Below, piece after piece: positions 17,606 to 27,503 of a DNA stretch of 64,000 bases. Numbering within the stretch: position 1 is the first letter of the stretch; every line of letters starts with the position of its first letter. The notes under the pieces were generated by a model. That model did not search any database. It was not told where the DNA came from and saw only the letters and a program-made list of their open reading frames with translations. Source of the stretch: Bdellovibrionia bacterium. GTDB lineage: Bacteria; Bdellovibrionota; UBA1018. The DNA lies in NCBI GenBank assembly GCA_049424145.1, contig JBMSSC010000001.1, positions 32,267 through 96,266 on the forward strand, written 5' to 3'. The position numbers and the translations under genes were made by a program.

Positions 17606-18529
17606 TTGACCACGCTTCATCAACCGATTTTAGTGGAACCCATTGTTCAGGCCCTTTTGGAGCCCTTTCGGCGCTTACCTCCTGATGCTCCTCCTCATTT
17701 TATTTTGGATTGCACACTGGGAGGAGGAGGGCACAGTGCCGCTCTTTTGAATGCGCTGGCTTGTGATCCCCAGTGCTCCCGCCATGGGCTGTTAGCCGTG
17801 GATCAGGATCAAGACGCCGTGGATCGAGCTCATCAGCGCTTTGCTGAGTGGATTGCCCAAGGAAAAATGGAGATTCGTCACGGTCGATTTGCCGATGCTT
17901 TTGATCTTTTTGCAGGCAAGCGAGTCCTAGGACTCTTGGCGGATCTGGGGTTTTCCAGCGATCAGCTGAATTTAGCAGATCGAGGGCTGAGCTTTCAGAG
18001 CAAGGGTCCGTTGGACATGAGGCTGGATCCGAGTCAGGGGGAGAGCGCCCAAGAGCTTCTCAGGCGAGTGAGCCAAAACGAACTGGAGAGGATCCTAGAG
18101 GAGTTTGGTGAAGAGCGGTTTGCCCGTCGGATTGCAGGGGCCATTGTGGAGAGAAGAAGGTTAGGAGAGCTCCCCACCACCACTCAAGCCCTCGTGGAGG
18201 TGATCGTTCGTGCCATTCCCCCGGGAGCCAGGCACGGGCGGATTCACGTTGCAACTCGAACCTTCCAAGCGCTTCGAATTGCGGTGAACCAGGAGTTAGA
18301 ACAACTCGATCAGCTCTTAAGTCGAGGTCTTCCTCAGGTGGTGGTTGGAGGGCGTGCGGCCATCATCAGTTTTCACTCACTTGAGGATCGCCGGGTGAAG
18401 GTTTACTTCAAACAAGAATCTCAGTTTCAGAGCCTGACGAAAAAGCCGATTCAGCCCGATGAGGCTGAGATTCGATCAAATTCCCGAGCTCGAAGTGCGA
18501 AGCTCAGGATCGCAGAACGAGTCGTGTGA
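17606..18529 (+). CDS. rsmH: 16S rRNA m4C1402 methyltransferase RsmH (MraW)
   Basis: HQPIL, DCTLGGGGHS, DLGFSS, PLDMR, FQALRIAVN and SFHSLEDR motifs; probable start TTG 17606. Confidence 0.96.
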   Translation: MTTLHQPILVEPIVQALLEPFRRLPPDAPPHFILDCTLGGGGHSAALLNALACDPQCSRHGLLAVDQDQDAVDRAHQRFAEWIAQGKMEIRHGRFADAFDLFAGKRVLGLLADLGFSSDQLNLADRGLSFQSKGPLDMRLDPSQGESAQELLRRVSQNELERILEEFGEERFARRIAGAIVERRRLGELPTTTQALVEVIVRAIPPGARHGRIHVATRTFQALRIAVNQELEQLDQLLSRGLPQVVVGGRAAIISFHSLEDRRVKVYFKQESQFQSLTKKPIQPDEAEIRSNSRARSAKLRIAERVV

Positions 18530-18696
18530 CAAGTTTGGGCCATTGAGCGCGCCAAGAGGGGGTGTGGTTTTTTTCCCTTCGTTCCTCTTTTTTCTGCTTT
18601 AGGGACTAAGAAGGGTGGGTGGTTTGGGGTGGGCTCTTGCGCTTCCGTGATGAGACGGAGATTGCGCCATTTTTGGGTTCAGATAGAATAAAACTC

Positions 18697-18987
18697 ATGG
18701 TGAGCAGAATTCTTCCAATCTGGGTGGTCTTTGCTTTAGTGGTTTTTGCAATTGGGAGCGTGTGGATTCGACTCCATATCATTCGAACCACCTATGCCAT
18801 CAATGAGATGCATAGAAAAATGGAGCAAACCAAGCAAGATTCAGAACTGTTGCAAGTGAAGCTCTCGAGTCTGAAGTCTCCGAAGCATTTAGAAGCCTTG
18901 GCTCGGCGGAAGTTTGGTCTTCTGCAGCCGCGAATGGATCAGGTCATTCGCATGACCCAGTCGAAAGAAGCCCTTCATGGAACCTAA
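18697..18987 (+). CDS. ftsL: Cell division protein FtsL
   Basis: Single TM segment plus coiled coil ending SPKHLEALARRKFGL; lies between rsmH and ftsI; probable start ATG 18697. Confidence 0.8.
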   Translation: MVSRILPIWVVFALVVFAIGSVWIRLHIIRTTYAINEMHRKMEQTKQDSELLQVKLSSLKSPKHLEALARRKFGLLQPRMDQVIRMTQSKEALHGT

Positions 18988-21103
18988 GGTGGAGGCTCAG
19001 ATTTTCCCTGATGATTCGATCCGAAAACGCTTGGTGGTCACCTTAGCCATTGGGGCGGTCTTCACCTGCTTGATCCTCGGGCGTGCTATTTTCATTCAGC
19101 TGATGAAACATCCCCGGTTAGAAGCCATGGCTTCTCGTCAGTACCATGCTCAATCCTTGGTTCAGCCCCGTCGAGGCGTCATTTTCGATCGAAACGGGGA
19201 GCGTCTTGCCGTGAGTGTGGATTCCTATAGTTTAGCAGCCAATCCTACTAAGATCCGAAAGCGCTGGATCTTAGCGCCCCTTTTAGCCAAGGCACTTCGC
19301 TCGAGCTCCTCACGATTGATGGAGAAGCTCAGTGAGCCTCGGGAGTTTGTTTGGATCAAACGGCAGTTGAGCGAGGCGGATCTCAGGGCGTTTAAAAAAC
19401 TCTCACGCGTTGAATCGAATGATGATCTGCTCGAAGGCTTGTGGTTAGTCAAGGAAAGTAAGCGAGTTTACCCCCATGCCTCCCTTGCCGCGCATGTTTT
19501 AGGCGACGTAAATGTGGATTCAGATGGATTAGAAGGAGTTGAGCTTTGGCAAAATGAGCGATTGAAGGGAAAAATCCTCAGTGTTTCGGCCATTAAAGAT
19601 GCCTTGGGTCGGCCAACTTTCATTGATGCAAAAGCCGCATCTCAACTCACCGATGGCCAAAGTGTGAGTCTGACCTTGGACTCGGTTCTTCAGTATGAAA
19701 TTGAGAGACTCCTCTCTGAGGCAGTTCGAAAAACGGGAGCCAAAGGGGGATCCGTGATGGTGATGGATGCCCAATCCGGTGACCTGTTGGCTTTGGCCAA
19801 TGAGCCCACGTTTGATCCCAATCAAAAGGGAATTCCCCTGGATCGTCGCCGAAACCGCGTGTTGACCGATGGCTACGAGCCGGGATCCACGATGAAACCC
19901 TTACTTCTTGCTGCGGCCCTCTCAAGTGGAATGAAGCTCAGTGATGAGTTGTGGGGAGAAAAAGGGAGTTTCATTTTACAAAAACGGAGGATTTCAGAAG
20001 CCGAGGCGCATGAAAAATTTGAGTGGATCAGCTTAAAAAAAATCATCCAAGTCTCCAGCAATGTGGGAGCTGCAAAGTTGGCCTTAAAAGTCGGAGCAGA
20101 GCGTTACTTGCAGGTTTTAAGAGCCTTTGGCTTGGGCGCAAAAACCGGATCAGGGTTTCCGGGTGAGATTTCAGGCCGAATCCCGCCCAAAAAAGATTGG
20201 CAGCCTTTAACGCTAGCAAACATTGGCTTTGGTCAGGGCCTGCTGGTGACCCCGATGCAGATGCTGAAGGCCTATGCCGTGTTTGCCAATGGGGGCTTTT
20301 TAGTGGAGCCCCATTTGATCCAAGCAGAGGCTCAGTCCAAGGATGAAAAACCAGGGGCTCTTGCGCTGTCCCCTTTAAAAAAGCAGGTTCTCTCGCCTCA
20401 GGTCACTCAAGCTGTGGTGGAGGCCTTGGAGTCCGTCACTCAAAGCGGAGGCACGGCACAAAAAGCGGCAATGCCTGGCTACCGAATTGCGGGAAAGACA
20501 GGAACCGCTCAGGTGGTCGATCCTCACTCCGGGAAATACTCCCATGATCAATACGTGTCCTCGTTCATTGGTTTTCCGGTGGGTTTGGACTCTTCGCTGG
20601 TGATCTTCACAGCCTTAAATGAGCCCAAAGGCGTCTACTATGCATCCGAAACAGCAGTGCCCTTGTTTAAAGAGGTGCTCAGTGCGCTCATTCATCGCTA
20701 CAGCTTGCCTGCGGAGCACGAGCCTGAGCTGTCGGTGAAGCCCGTGAAGTTGGCCAGTGCCTCTCTGTCTGCTCTGCGTTCATCCGGGGGGATGACCCAG
20801 GATGAACTTCATTGGACCCAAGCCTCGGTGCAGCAGGCGTCGTTGACCAAGGGGGACTCGCTGAGCTTAGGCGGATCTCTGCCTCGAGTCGTTCCCGTGC
20901 CCCAGACTGAGGACGTCAAACTGAGTCAATGGGTCATGCCCGATCTCCAAGGGCTTTCACCCAAAGAGGTGCTGGAAGTGCTTCAGGGCTATCCCTTTGC
21001 CCTGGAGATGAAGGGGATGGGGATGGTTGCTTCACAGACGCCGATGGCCGGTCAGCGGCTCTCCAAAAGAAGTCGAGTTCGACTGGTGTTTTCAGAACCT
21101 TGA
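18977..21103 (+). CDS. ftsI: FtsI/PBP3 with a C-terminal PASTA-like domain
   Basis: RGVIFDRNG, YEPGSTMK, SSN and KTGTAQ motifs; C-terminal MPDLQGLS...VASQTP. Confidence 0.93.
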   Translation: MEPKVEAQIFPDDSIRKRLVVTLAIGAVFTCLILGRAIFIQLMKHPRLEAMASRQYHAQSLVQPRRGVIFDRNGERLAVSVDSYSLAANPTKIRKRWILAPLLAKALRSSSSRLMEKLSEPREFVWIKRQLSEADLRAFKKLSRVESNDDLLEGLWLVKESKRVYPHASLAAHVLGDVNVDSDGLEGVELWQNERLKGKILSVSAIKDALGRPTFIDAKAASQLTDGQSVSLTLDSVLQYEIERLLSEAVRKTGAKGGSVMVMDAQSGDLLALANEPTFDPNQKGIPLDRRRNRVLTDGYEPGSTMKPLLLAAALSSGMKLSDELWGEKGSFILQKRRISEAEAHEKFEWISLKKIIQVSSNVGAAKLALKVGAERYLQVLRAFGLGAKTGSGFPGEISGRIPPKKDWQPLTLANIGFGQGLLVTPMQMLKAYAVFANGGFLVEPHLIQAEAQSKDEKPGALALSPLKKQVLSPQVTQAVVEALESVTQSGGTAQKAAMPGYRIAGKTGTAQVVDPHSGKYSHDQYVSSFIGFPVGLDSSLVIFTALNEPKGVYYASETAVPLFKEVLSALIHRYSLPAEHEPELSVKPVKLASASLSALRSSGGMTQDELHWTQASVQQASLTKGDSLSLGGSLPRVVPVPQTEDVKLSQWVMPDLQGLSPKEVLEVLQGYPFALEMKGMGMVASQTPMAGQRLSKRSRVRLVFSEP

Positions 21104-21153
21104 TGCTAGGCCTAAGAGGAGCGGTAGTCCTCTTGCCCGTCTCAAGGAGATTT

Positions 21154-22665
21154 ATGCTGAAACCTCAATTGACTCAACTCACGTTAGTTCAACTCCTGGC
21201 GCTCTTACCGAAAGAAATCCTTTCTCCTCAAGATCCCAGCAGGCAAGCCCTTTTGCATGGCTCTGCTCAGGTCACAGGCGTGACCTCTGATTCAAGAGAA
21301 GTGAAGCCAGGCAGTGTGTTTGTGGCCATTTGTGGGGGCACTCAGGATGGACATCAATTCATCGATTTAGCTTTAGAAAAAGGCGCCGTTTTTGTGGTCG
21401 GTGAGCAACCCATGCCCTCTTCGCAGCTCAAGGGAGTCTATCTCCAGGTTTCCGATAGTAGGGAGGCCTTAGCAGCCTTGGCCGCTCAATTTTTTCATCA
21501 TCCCTCCGATGGGCTTTTGGTGCTCGGAGTCACCGGAACGAGTGGAAAAACCACCACCACTTTTATTCTGGAGTCCATTTTAGCGGCAGCGGGGCATCGT
21601 GTGGGAATCATTGGAACCATTCACTTTCGTGTGGGCAACCAAGTCCTTCCTTCCACGCACACCACCCCGGGCGCAGCAGAGCTTCAAGGTCTTTTGGCGG
21701 AGATGAAAAACGCAGGCTGCACCGCCGTGGTGATGGAGGTGTCCTCTCATGCTTTAAAGCAAAAACGAGTGGCATCCGTGGCTTTTGATGGCGTGGTGTT
21801 TACTAATCTCTCGCCTGAGCACTTGGATTTTCATCCTGACTTGGAGGATTACTTTCAGTCCAAGGCCCTTTTGTTCACTGAGTGCATGAAGTTTTCTCAG
21901 TCTCGGGGGAAAAAGCCTGTCATGGCCATCAATTCAGAAGATGAACACGGCCATCGCCTCCTTCGCACTCTTGCCGCTCCCCACAGTGCGTTTTTACCTC
22001 AGCACGCTTTGCAGGTGAGCCCCAGTGGGATCTCAGGGCAGCTGGGTCCTGTGAAAGTGGAGTCGTCGTTTACGGGGCAATTTAATGGGTCCAACCTATC
22101 AGCTGCCGTGACGCTTGCTTTGGCCCTCCAAATCTCCATCCCCTGCATTGAGCGGGGAATCCGAGACCTCAAAGGGGTCCCTGGGCGTTTAGAGCGAGTC
22201 CCCAATGCTCGGGATATTCATGTTTGGGTGGATTATGCTCATAAGCCCGATGCTTTAGAGAAGGTGCTCAAAACGTTATCTCTTTTGCGGGGGGGAAACC
22301 GCCTCATCACGGTTTTTGGGTGTGGCGGGGATCGAGACCGAAAAAAACGGCCGCTCATGGGGAGGATCGCAGCTGAAAATTCGGATTGGGTCTTTGTGAC
22401 TTCGGATAACCCTCGAACCGAAGATCCTCAGGCCATTATGGATGAGATTTTGGCGGGAATGACGGGGCATTCGCATGTGAGTGTTGAGGTGGATCGAAAA
22501 ACGGCCATTTTAAAAGCCGCTTGCTTGGCCCGACCCGGAGATCTAGTGGTGATTGCAGGAAAAGGCCATGAAACCTATCAAATCATGGGCACAACACGGG
22601 TGCACTTTGATGATCGAGAGGTGGCAGCCTGGGCCTTTGAGCAAAAAGAGCCAACCCAGGGCTGA
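21154..22665 (+). CDS. murE: UDP-MurNAc-tripeptide synthetase (meso-DAP type)
   Basis: VTGTSGKTT, MEVSSH, VDYAHKPD, FGCGGDRD and DNPR motifs; start ATG 21154 with AAGGAG SD. Confidence 0.96.
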   Translation: MLKPQLTQLTLVQLLALLPKEILSPQDPSRQALLHGSAQVTGVTSDSREVKPGSVFVAICGGTQDGHQFIDLALEKGAVFVVGEQPMPSSQLKGVYLQVSDSREALAALAAQFFHHPSDGLLVLGVTGTSGKTTTTFILESILAAAGHRVGIIGTIHFRVGNQVLPSTHTTPGAAELQGLLAEMKNAGCTAVVMEVSSHALKQKRVASVAFDGVVFTNLSPEHLDFHPDLEDYFQSKALLFTECMKFSQSRGKKPVMAINSEDEHGHRLLRTLAAPHSAFLPQHALQVSPSGISGQLGPVKVESSFTGQFNGSNLSAAVTLALALQISIPCIERGIRDLKGVPGRLERVPNARDIHVWVDYAHKPDALEKVLKTLSLLRGGNRLITVFGCGGDRDRKKRPLMGRIAAENSDWVFVTSDNPRTEDPQAIMDEILAGMTGHSHVSVEVDRKTAILKAACLARPGDLVVIAGKGHETYQIMGTTRVHFDDREVAAWAFEQKEPTQG

Positions 22666-22706
22666 GGCGTTGGGGACTTCAGCAGACCCGCACGTGTGGT
22701 AAACTC

Positions 22707-22736
22707 TTGACACCGGCTTTTAAAAATCTGTAGCAT
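22707..22736 (+). promoter_or_regulatory. Internal sigma70-type promoter directly before mraY
   Basis: TTGACA-18-TAGCAT, followed by 6 nt to the ATG. Confidence 0.6.
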
Positions 22737-22742
22737 TCGGAG

Positions 22743-23819
22743 ATGCTCTTTCAATTTCTCTATCCGCTTCATGCGAAGTACTCAGTGCTTCATGTGTTTA
22801 AGTACATCACCTTTCGGAGTTTCGGTGCCAGCATCACGAGTCTTTTGATCTGCATGCTCATGGGCCCCTCCTTCATTCGCTTCCTTCAGAGAAAGCAAAT
22901 GGGGCAGTCCATTCGGGATGACGGACCCAAAAGCCATCTCTCGAAAAAAGGTACACCCACGATGGGAGGGGGGTTAATTCTCTTTGGGATCGTTCTGCCG
23001 ACTCTGCTTTGGTCGGATCTGGGAAATAAGAGCGTATGGATTGCTCTAGTGACCACGATTTTGTTTGGTCTCATTGGGTATGTTGACGATTACCGAAAAG
23101 TGATTCAAAAAAACTCCAAGGGCCTCTCCAGTCGTCAGAAGATTGTGAGTCAAACGCTGGTGGCCTTGGTGGCCGCTTACGTGATTTACGTCACTCGCGA
23201 TACGCCCCCGGTTTTAAAGTTCCCGTTCTTTAAGGATTGGTCTTTTTATCTGGGTCTATTTTTTGTGCCCTTTGCTACGTTCGTGATCGTGGGTGCTTCC
23301 AATGCGGTCAACCTAACCGATGGTCTCGATGGCCTTGCTGTGGGTCCCACCATCACCACTTCAGTCACGTTTCTCGTGCTCGCTTATTGCGCAGGGCATG
23401 TGAAGATTGCCGAGTACCTTCAAATTCCCTATGTGCCCGGGGCAGGGGAGTTAGCCGTATTCTGTGGCTCAGTTGCGGCTTCGTGCTAGGGCATTTTATG
23501 GATTAATACCTATCCTGCTCAAGTTTTTATGGGGGATGTGGGGTCGTTGGCTTTAGGTGCAGCCTTGGCTGTCGTTGCCGTGATCACAAAAAATGAAATC
23601 TTGCTTGCACTTTGTGGGGGAATTTTCGTAATTGAAGCCCTCTCGGTGATGGCACAGGTGACGTCTTTTAAGATGACAGGGAAAAGGGTCTTAAGAATGG
23701 CGCCCATTCATCATCATTTTGAGCTAAAAGGGTGGGCTGAGCCTAAAATTATTGTGAGATTTTGGATCATCTCGATTTTATTGGCCCTATTTACTCTCTC
23801 GACTTTGAAATTAAGGTAG
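22743..23819 (+). CDS. mraY: Phospho-MurNAc-pentapeptide transferase, interrupted by one in-frame TAG (23487-23489)
   Basis: Two same-frame ORFs join into 358 codons with [30 protein letters not shown] and MAPIHHHFE motifs. Confidence 0.93.
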
Positions 23820-23834
23820 AGGAAACGTGAATTC

Positions 23835-25220
23835 ATGATGAGCAAGTATCAAGGTAAAAAAGTTTTAATTGTTGGCTTCGGCATCTCAGGGGTCGCCGTT
23901 GCCAAGTACATGTGTAAAAACGGCGCCCGAGTGCTGGTCGCCGATTCGAAGCAAAAAAATGAGCTGGCCGATTCCTTGGACGCCTGTGCCGGGCTTCCCA
24001 TCGAGTATGAGCTCGGGTATCCCGCGAATAAACCGTTTCCAGTTGCCGATCTCATTGTCCTGAGTCCAGGAGTGCCTCTGAGCATCAAAGGTTTAGAGGA
24101 AGCTCGTCAGAGGCAGACCCCGATCACCAATGAGATTGAGCTTGCGGCTTTAGAGATTCAGCAGCCAATTTTGGCTATCACGGGAACCAATGGGAAAACC
24201 ACCACCACGACGCTCATCGGTGAGATGTTCAAGGCCGATGGAAAATCAGTATTTGTGGGAGGAAACATTGGACAGCCCCTCTTGGATTACGTGACTCAGG
24301 GTCAAAAAGCCGATGTGGTGGTCGCTGAGCTGTCGAGCTTTCAACTCGAGCTCACCGAGAATTTAAAAGTCGCAGGGGCCGTTTTTACCAATCTCGAAGA
24401 GGATCACCTAGATCGCTACGGCGACCTGCACTCGTATGGAAACGCCAAGAAGCGTTTGCTTCGAGCCTGCAATTCACAGAGCTTTGTGGTGCTCAACTGG
24501 GACAACCCCAATGTGGCTCAGTTTGAAGCAGAATCGCCCGGTCAAGTGCTCTGGTTTATGAAGGGTGATCCCATGAAAGTGGGTGGCACTTTTGCGGAGA
24601 ACTTTCGGGGAGCCTATTTCAACTCTCTGACGAAGAAGGTCATTTTTAGAAGCAAGGGCCAAGAATCGGTCTTTGATCTCTCCTCCTTTCGATTGTTTGG
24701 AGAGCATAATAAAGAGAATCTCATGGCCGCTATTTGCTTGGCTAAGGCTATGGACGTGAGCGATGGAGCCATTCAATCGGTCATTCAGCAGTTCAAAGGA
24801 GTGAATCATCGCCTGGAGTTTGTGCGAAAAAAAGATGGGGTCTTTTTCTTCAATGACTCCAAAGGCACGAACGTCATGAGTGTTCAAAAGAGCTTGGCGT
24901 CGTTTTCCTCAAACCCGATCATTTTAATTGCAGGGGGGAAGGATAAGAACGCAGATTTCACTCCTCTGGTGGACCTGGTGAAGAGGAAGTGTAAGATTTT
25001 AGTCCTCTTAGGTGAGGCGAAAGAAAAAATCAATCGAGCCATTGGTGATTACGCTGAAACCTACCTGGTGGGTACTTTCGAGGAGGCAATTCTGCTCAGC
25101 TATCAAAAGTCCAGAAGCGGAGACATCATTCTTCTGTCCCCGGGTTGCGCAAGCTATGATATGTTTAAAAACTACGAAGAGCGGGGCAATTATTTCAAGA
25201 AACTCGTCTCCCAGCTTTAA
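23835..25220 (+). CDS. murD: UDP-MurNAc-L-Ala:D-Glu ligase
   Basis: SPGVP, ITGTNGKTT, ELSSFQL, DHLDRY, NDSKGTN and LSPGCAS motifs. Confidence 0.97.
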   Translation: MMSKYQGKKVLIVGFGISGVAVAKYMCKNGARVLVADSKQKNELADSLDACAGLPIEYELGYPANKPFPVADLIVLSPGVPLSIKGLEEARQRQTPITNEIELAALEIQQPILAITGTNGKTTTTTLIGEMFKADGKSVFVGGNIGQPLLDYVTQGQKADVVVAELSSFQLELTENLKVAGAVFTNLEEDHLDRYGDLHSYGNAKKRLLRACNSQSFVVLNWDNPNVAQFEAESPGQVLWFMKGDPMKVGGTFAENFRGAYFNSLTKKVIFRSKGQESVFDLSSFRLFGEHNKENLMAAICLAKAMDVSDGAIQSVIQQFKGVNHRLEFVRKKDGVFFFNDSKGTNVMSVQKSLASFSSNPIILIAGGKDKNADFTPLVDLVKRKCKILVLLGEAKEKINRAIGDYAETYLVGTFEEAILLSYQKSRSGDIILLSPGCASYDMFKNYEERGNYFKKLVSQL

Positions 25221-25259
25221 GAGGAGAAGCGCTCAAGGGTTTGCAGGAGGAGGGACTCT

Positions 25260-26396
25260 CTGACCCACTTCAAACAGAGCTTTTGGCCGAATCGGAGTTG
25301 GAAAATCGACTGGAAGCTTTTTTTTCTAGTTCTAGCCATGGTCGTTTTTGGACTCATCATGGTTTACAGCTCCTCGTTCATCTTAGCGCAGGAAAGAAGT
25401 GGGAACGGCTTTGCTTTGATTCGCAAGCAGCTTCTTTTTGCCATTTTAGGTTTTTTAGCCATGGCCGGTGCAATTCAGATGGACTATGGCCTCTGGAGGA
25501 AGCACGCTCCCTCCGTCTTAGCCGGTGCGGTTTTTCTTCTCTTCCTGGTGCTCTTGCCCGGCGTGGGGCATAAGGTGGGAGGAGCGCAGCGGTGGTTGAA
25601 GTTGGGTCCCGTTCGTTTTCAGCCAGCGGAGCTGGCGAAGTTTGCGATGATCTTCTTTGGGGCCCGTTTTTTAGAGAGCCCACTGAGCTGGTCTCGCTTT
25701 TCCGATCCGAAGCGAATCGGAGAGGCCTTATTGTTTCTGCCTGCTTTTTTTCTGCTCCTCATTCAGCCTGATTTCGGAACAACGGTGATTATCGCCTTAG
25801 TTTTGTTTTTTATGGTCTTTGTTTCCGGGGTGCGTCCTCGAGCCCTGTTTGCTGTTTTTTTTCCCATCGCAGTGGGTGCGCTTCTGGTGGCCTTTGGAAG
25901 TGAGTACCGAAGGGCTCGTATCCGAACGTTTTGGGACCCTTGGCAAGATCCCGCAGGCAAGGGGTTTCAAATCCTTCAGTCCTTTGTGGGCCTCCATAAT
26001 GGAGGGTTGTTTGGGGTGGGTTTAGGCAACAGTCGGGAGAAGCTCTTTTATCTGCCTGAGGCTCACAATGATTTTATCTTCTCGGTGATTGGGGAGGAGT
26101 TGGGTTTTCTGGGGGTTTTTACCGTTGTTTTTGCTTATCTCTACTTGATGTTTAAGGGACTCAATATTGCCTGGAACTGCCAACGGAAAAAGCAAGATCG
26201 TTTTGGGATGCTTCTGGCCACAGGAATTACCCTGGCGCTGAGTTTTCAGGGGTTTGTCAATGCGGCTGTCGTGTTTGGGCTCTTACCCACCAAGGGCCTT
26301 GCCTTGCCGTTTTTAAGCTACGGGGGCTCCGCTCTGGTGGTGGATTTATTTGCGGTGGGCGTTTTACTCAGTATTGCTCGGAGTACGGAAGGATAG
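25260..26396 (+). CDS. ftsW: Septal SEDS peptidoglycan polymerase FtsW (probable CTG start at 25260)
   Basis: GAQRW, FQPAELAK, QPDFG, LPEAHNDFIF and LPFLSYGGS motifs; TM1 (IDWKLFFLVLAMVVFGLIMVYSSS) begins upstream of the first ATG. Confidence 0.93.
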   Translation: MTHFKQSFWPNRSWKIDWKLFFLVLAMVVFGLIMVYSSSFILAQERSGNGFALIRKQLLFAILGFLAMAGAIQMDYGLWRKHAPSVLAGAVFLLFLVLLPGVGHKVGGAQRWLKLGPVRFQPAELAKFAMIFFGARFLESPLSWSRFSDPKRIGEALLFLPAFFLLLIQPDFGTTVIIALVLFFMVFVSGVRPRALFAVFFPIAVGALLVAFGSEYRRARIRTFWDPWQDPAGKGFQILQSFVGLHNGGLFGVGLGNSREKLFYLPEAHNDFIFSVIGEELGFLGVFTVVFAYLYLMFKGLNIAWNCQRKKQDRFGMLLATGITLALSFQGFVNAAVVFGLLPTKGLALPFLSYGGSALVVDLFAVGVLLSIARSTEG

Positions 26397-26405
26397 AGGG
26401 CCCAG

Positions 26406-27503
26406 ATGCAAACGCTTCAGCAAAAAAAGTTATTGGGGGCAGGCGGGGGAACCGGAGGCCATGTTCTAGCCGGGGGGGCCATTGCAGAGGGGTGGGCTCA
26501 AAAGGCCCAAAGCTCCTCCAGTGTGCTCTTTGTGGGAGCGCGGGGGGGGATTGAGGAAAGACTCGTGCCAAAAACCCCGTTTGCGCTCCGATTGCTTCGC
26601 GTGGGTTCTTTGAATCGCGTGAAGGTGACGCGTCAGCTGAAGACGCTGTTTGAGATCCCCTGGGCAATGGTGGTGTCGCTTCAGATTCTATTTCAGTTTC
26701 GACCCCACGCTGTGCTGGGCGTGGGAGGGTATAGCTCTGGACCGTTGGTGCTGATGGCGGCGCTTCTCAAAAAGCTGGGTCTGTTAAATTGCCAGGTGGC
26801 GATCTTGGAGCAAAACTCGGTGGTGGGCTTGACCAATCGTCTTTTAGGGCGCGTGGTGGATTCGGTTTTCACGGCTTTTCCGGGGATGGAGCCACAGTTT
26901 TTGGGTAAAAAAGTTATTTTTACGGGCAATCCCATTCGATCATCGATGAAACAGCTGCCTTCTGCGCCGAGAGATCCCTTTACGATCTTTGTTTTTGGGG
27001 GCAGTCAGGGGGCCAGAGGAGTGAATCGTTTAGTGTTAGAGGCTCTGCCCGAACTGAAGCAAGTGAAACGTTCCATTCGTTTCATTCATCAAAGTGGGCA
27101 GGCGGATTTTGAGGAGGTTTTAAAAGCGCATCAAGCCGCAGGCATGGACTCTTGCGTGGAGAAGTTCATTGAAGACATGCCCAGTGCCTATGCTCAGGCG
27201 TCCCTTCTGGTCTGTCGTTCAGGAGCCTCCACATTGGCCGAGATTGCAGCCGTAGGACGAGCTGCGATTTTAGTTCCATTGCCGACAGCAGCCGATGATC
27301 ATCAGAGTAAAAATGCCTGTGCCTATGTTCAAGCCGGTGCTGCTCAACTGATGGATCAGAGAGTGGGCTCCGGAGCGAGTCTGGCTCAGTTGATTCAGGA
27401 TCTCATGACTCGTCCGGATCAGATTGCAGCCATGGAGCGACGTGTGCTTGAATTTTATCGTCCACATGCGGCTCGGGATATTGTAGAGCATCTGTATGTT
27501 TAG
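26406..27503 (+). CDS. murG: Lipid II GlcNAc transferase
   Basis: GGGTGGH, GGY, EQN, GNPIR, GGSQGA, RSGA and DHQ motifs. Confidence 0.96.
   Translation: MQTLQQKKLLGAGGGTGGHVLAGGAIAEGWAQKAQSSSSVLFVGARGGIEERLVPKTPFALRLLRVGSLNRVKVTRQLKTLFEIPWAMVVSLQILFQFRPHAVLGVGGYSSGPLVLMAALLKKLGLLNCQVAILEQNSVVGLTNRLLGRVVDSVFTAFPGMEPQFLGKKVIFTGNPIRSSMKQLPSAPRDPFTIFVFGGSQGARGVNRLVLEALPELKQVKRSIRFIHQSGQADFEEVLKAHQAAGMDSCVEKFIEDMPSAYAQASLLVCRSGASTLAEIAAVGRAAILVPLPTAADDHQSKNACAYVQAGAAQLMDQRVGSGASLAQLIQDLMTRPDQIAAMERRVLEFYRPHAARDIVEHLYV

Noticed and set aside
20929..21153. Long N-terminal extensions in the ORF track (murE, also ruvC, murA, HIT, ftsQ, lpxC)
   Set aside because: These are longest-ORF artefacts, mostly overlapping upstream genes; better-supported starts lie downstream.
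23487..23489. Genome-wide TAG recoding or pyrrolysine
   Set aside because: mraY, ftsW, murB, ftsZ and others end at TAG at expected lengths, RF1 is intact, and no pyl genes are visible.
25241..25573. 110-aa ORF or frameshift supplying the FtsW N-terminus
   Set aside because: The FtsW N-terminus is already open in its own frame from CTG 25260, so no frameshift is needed.
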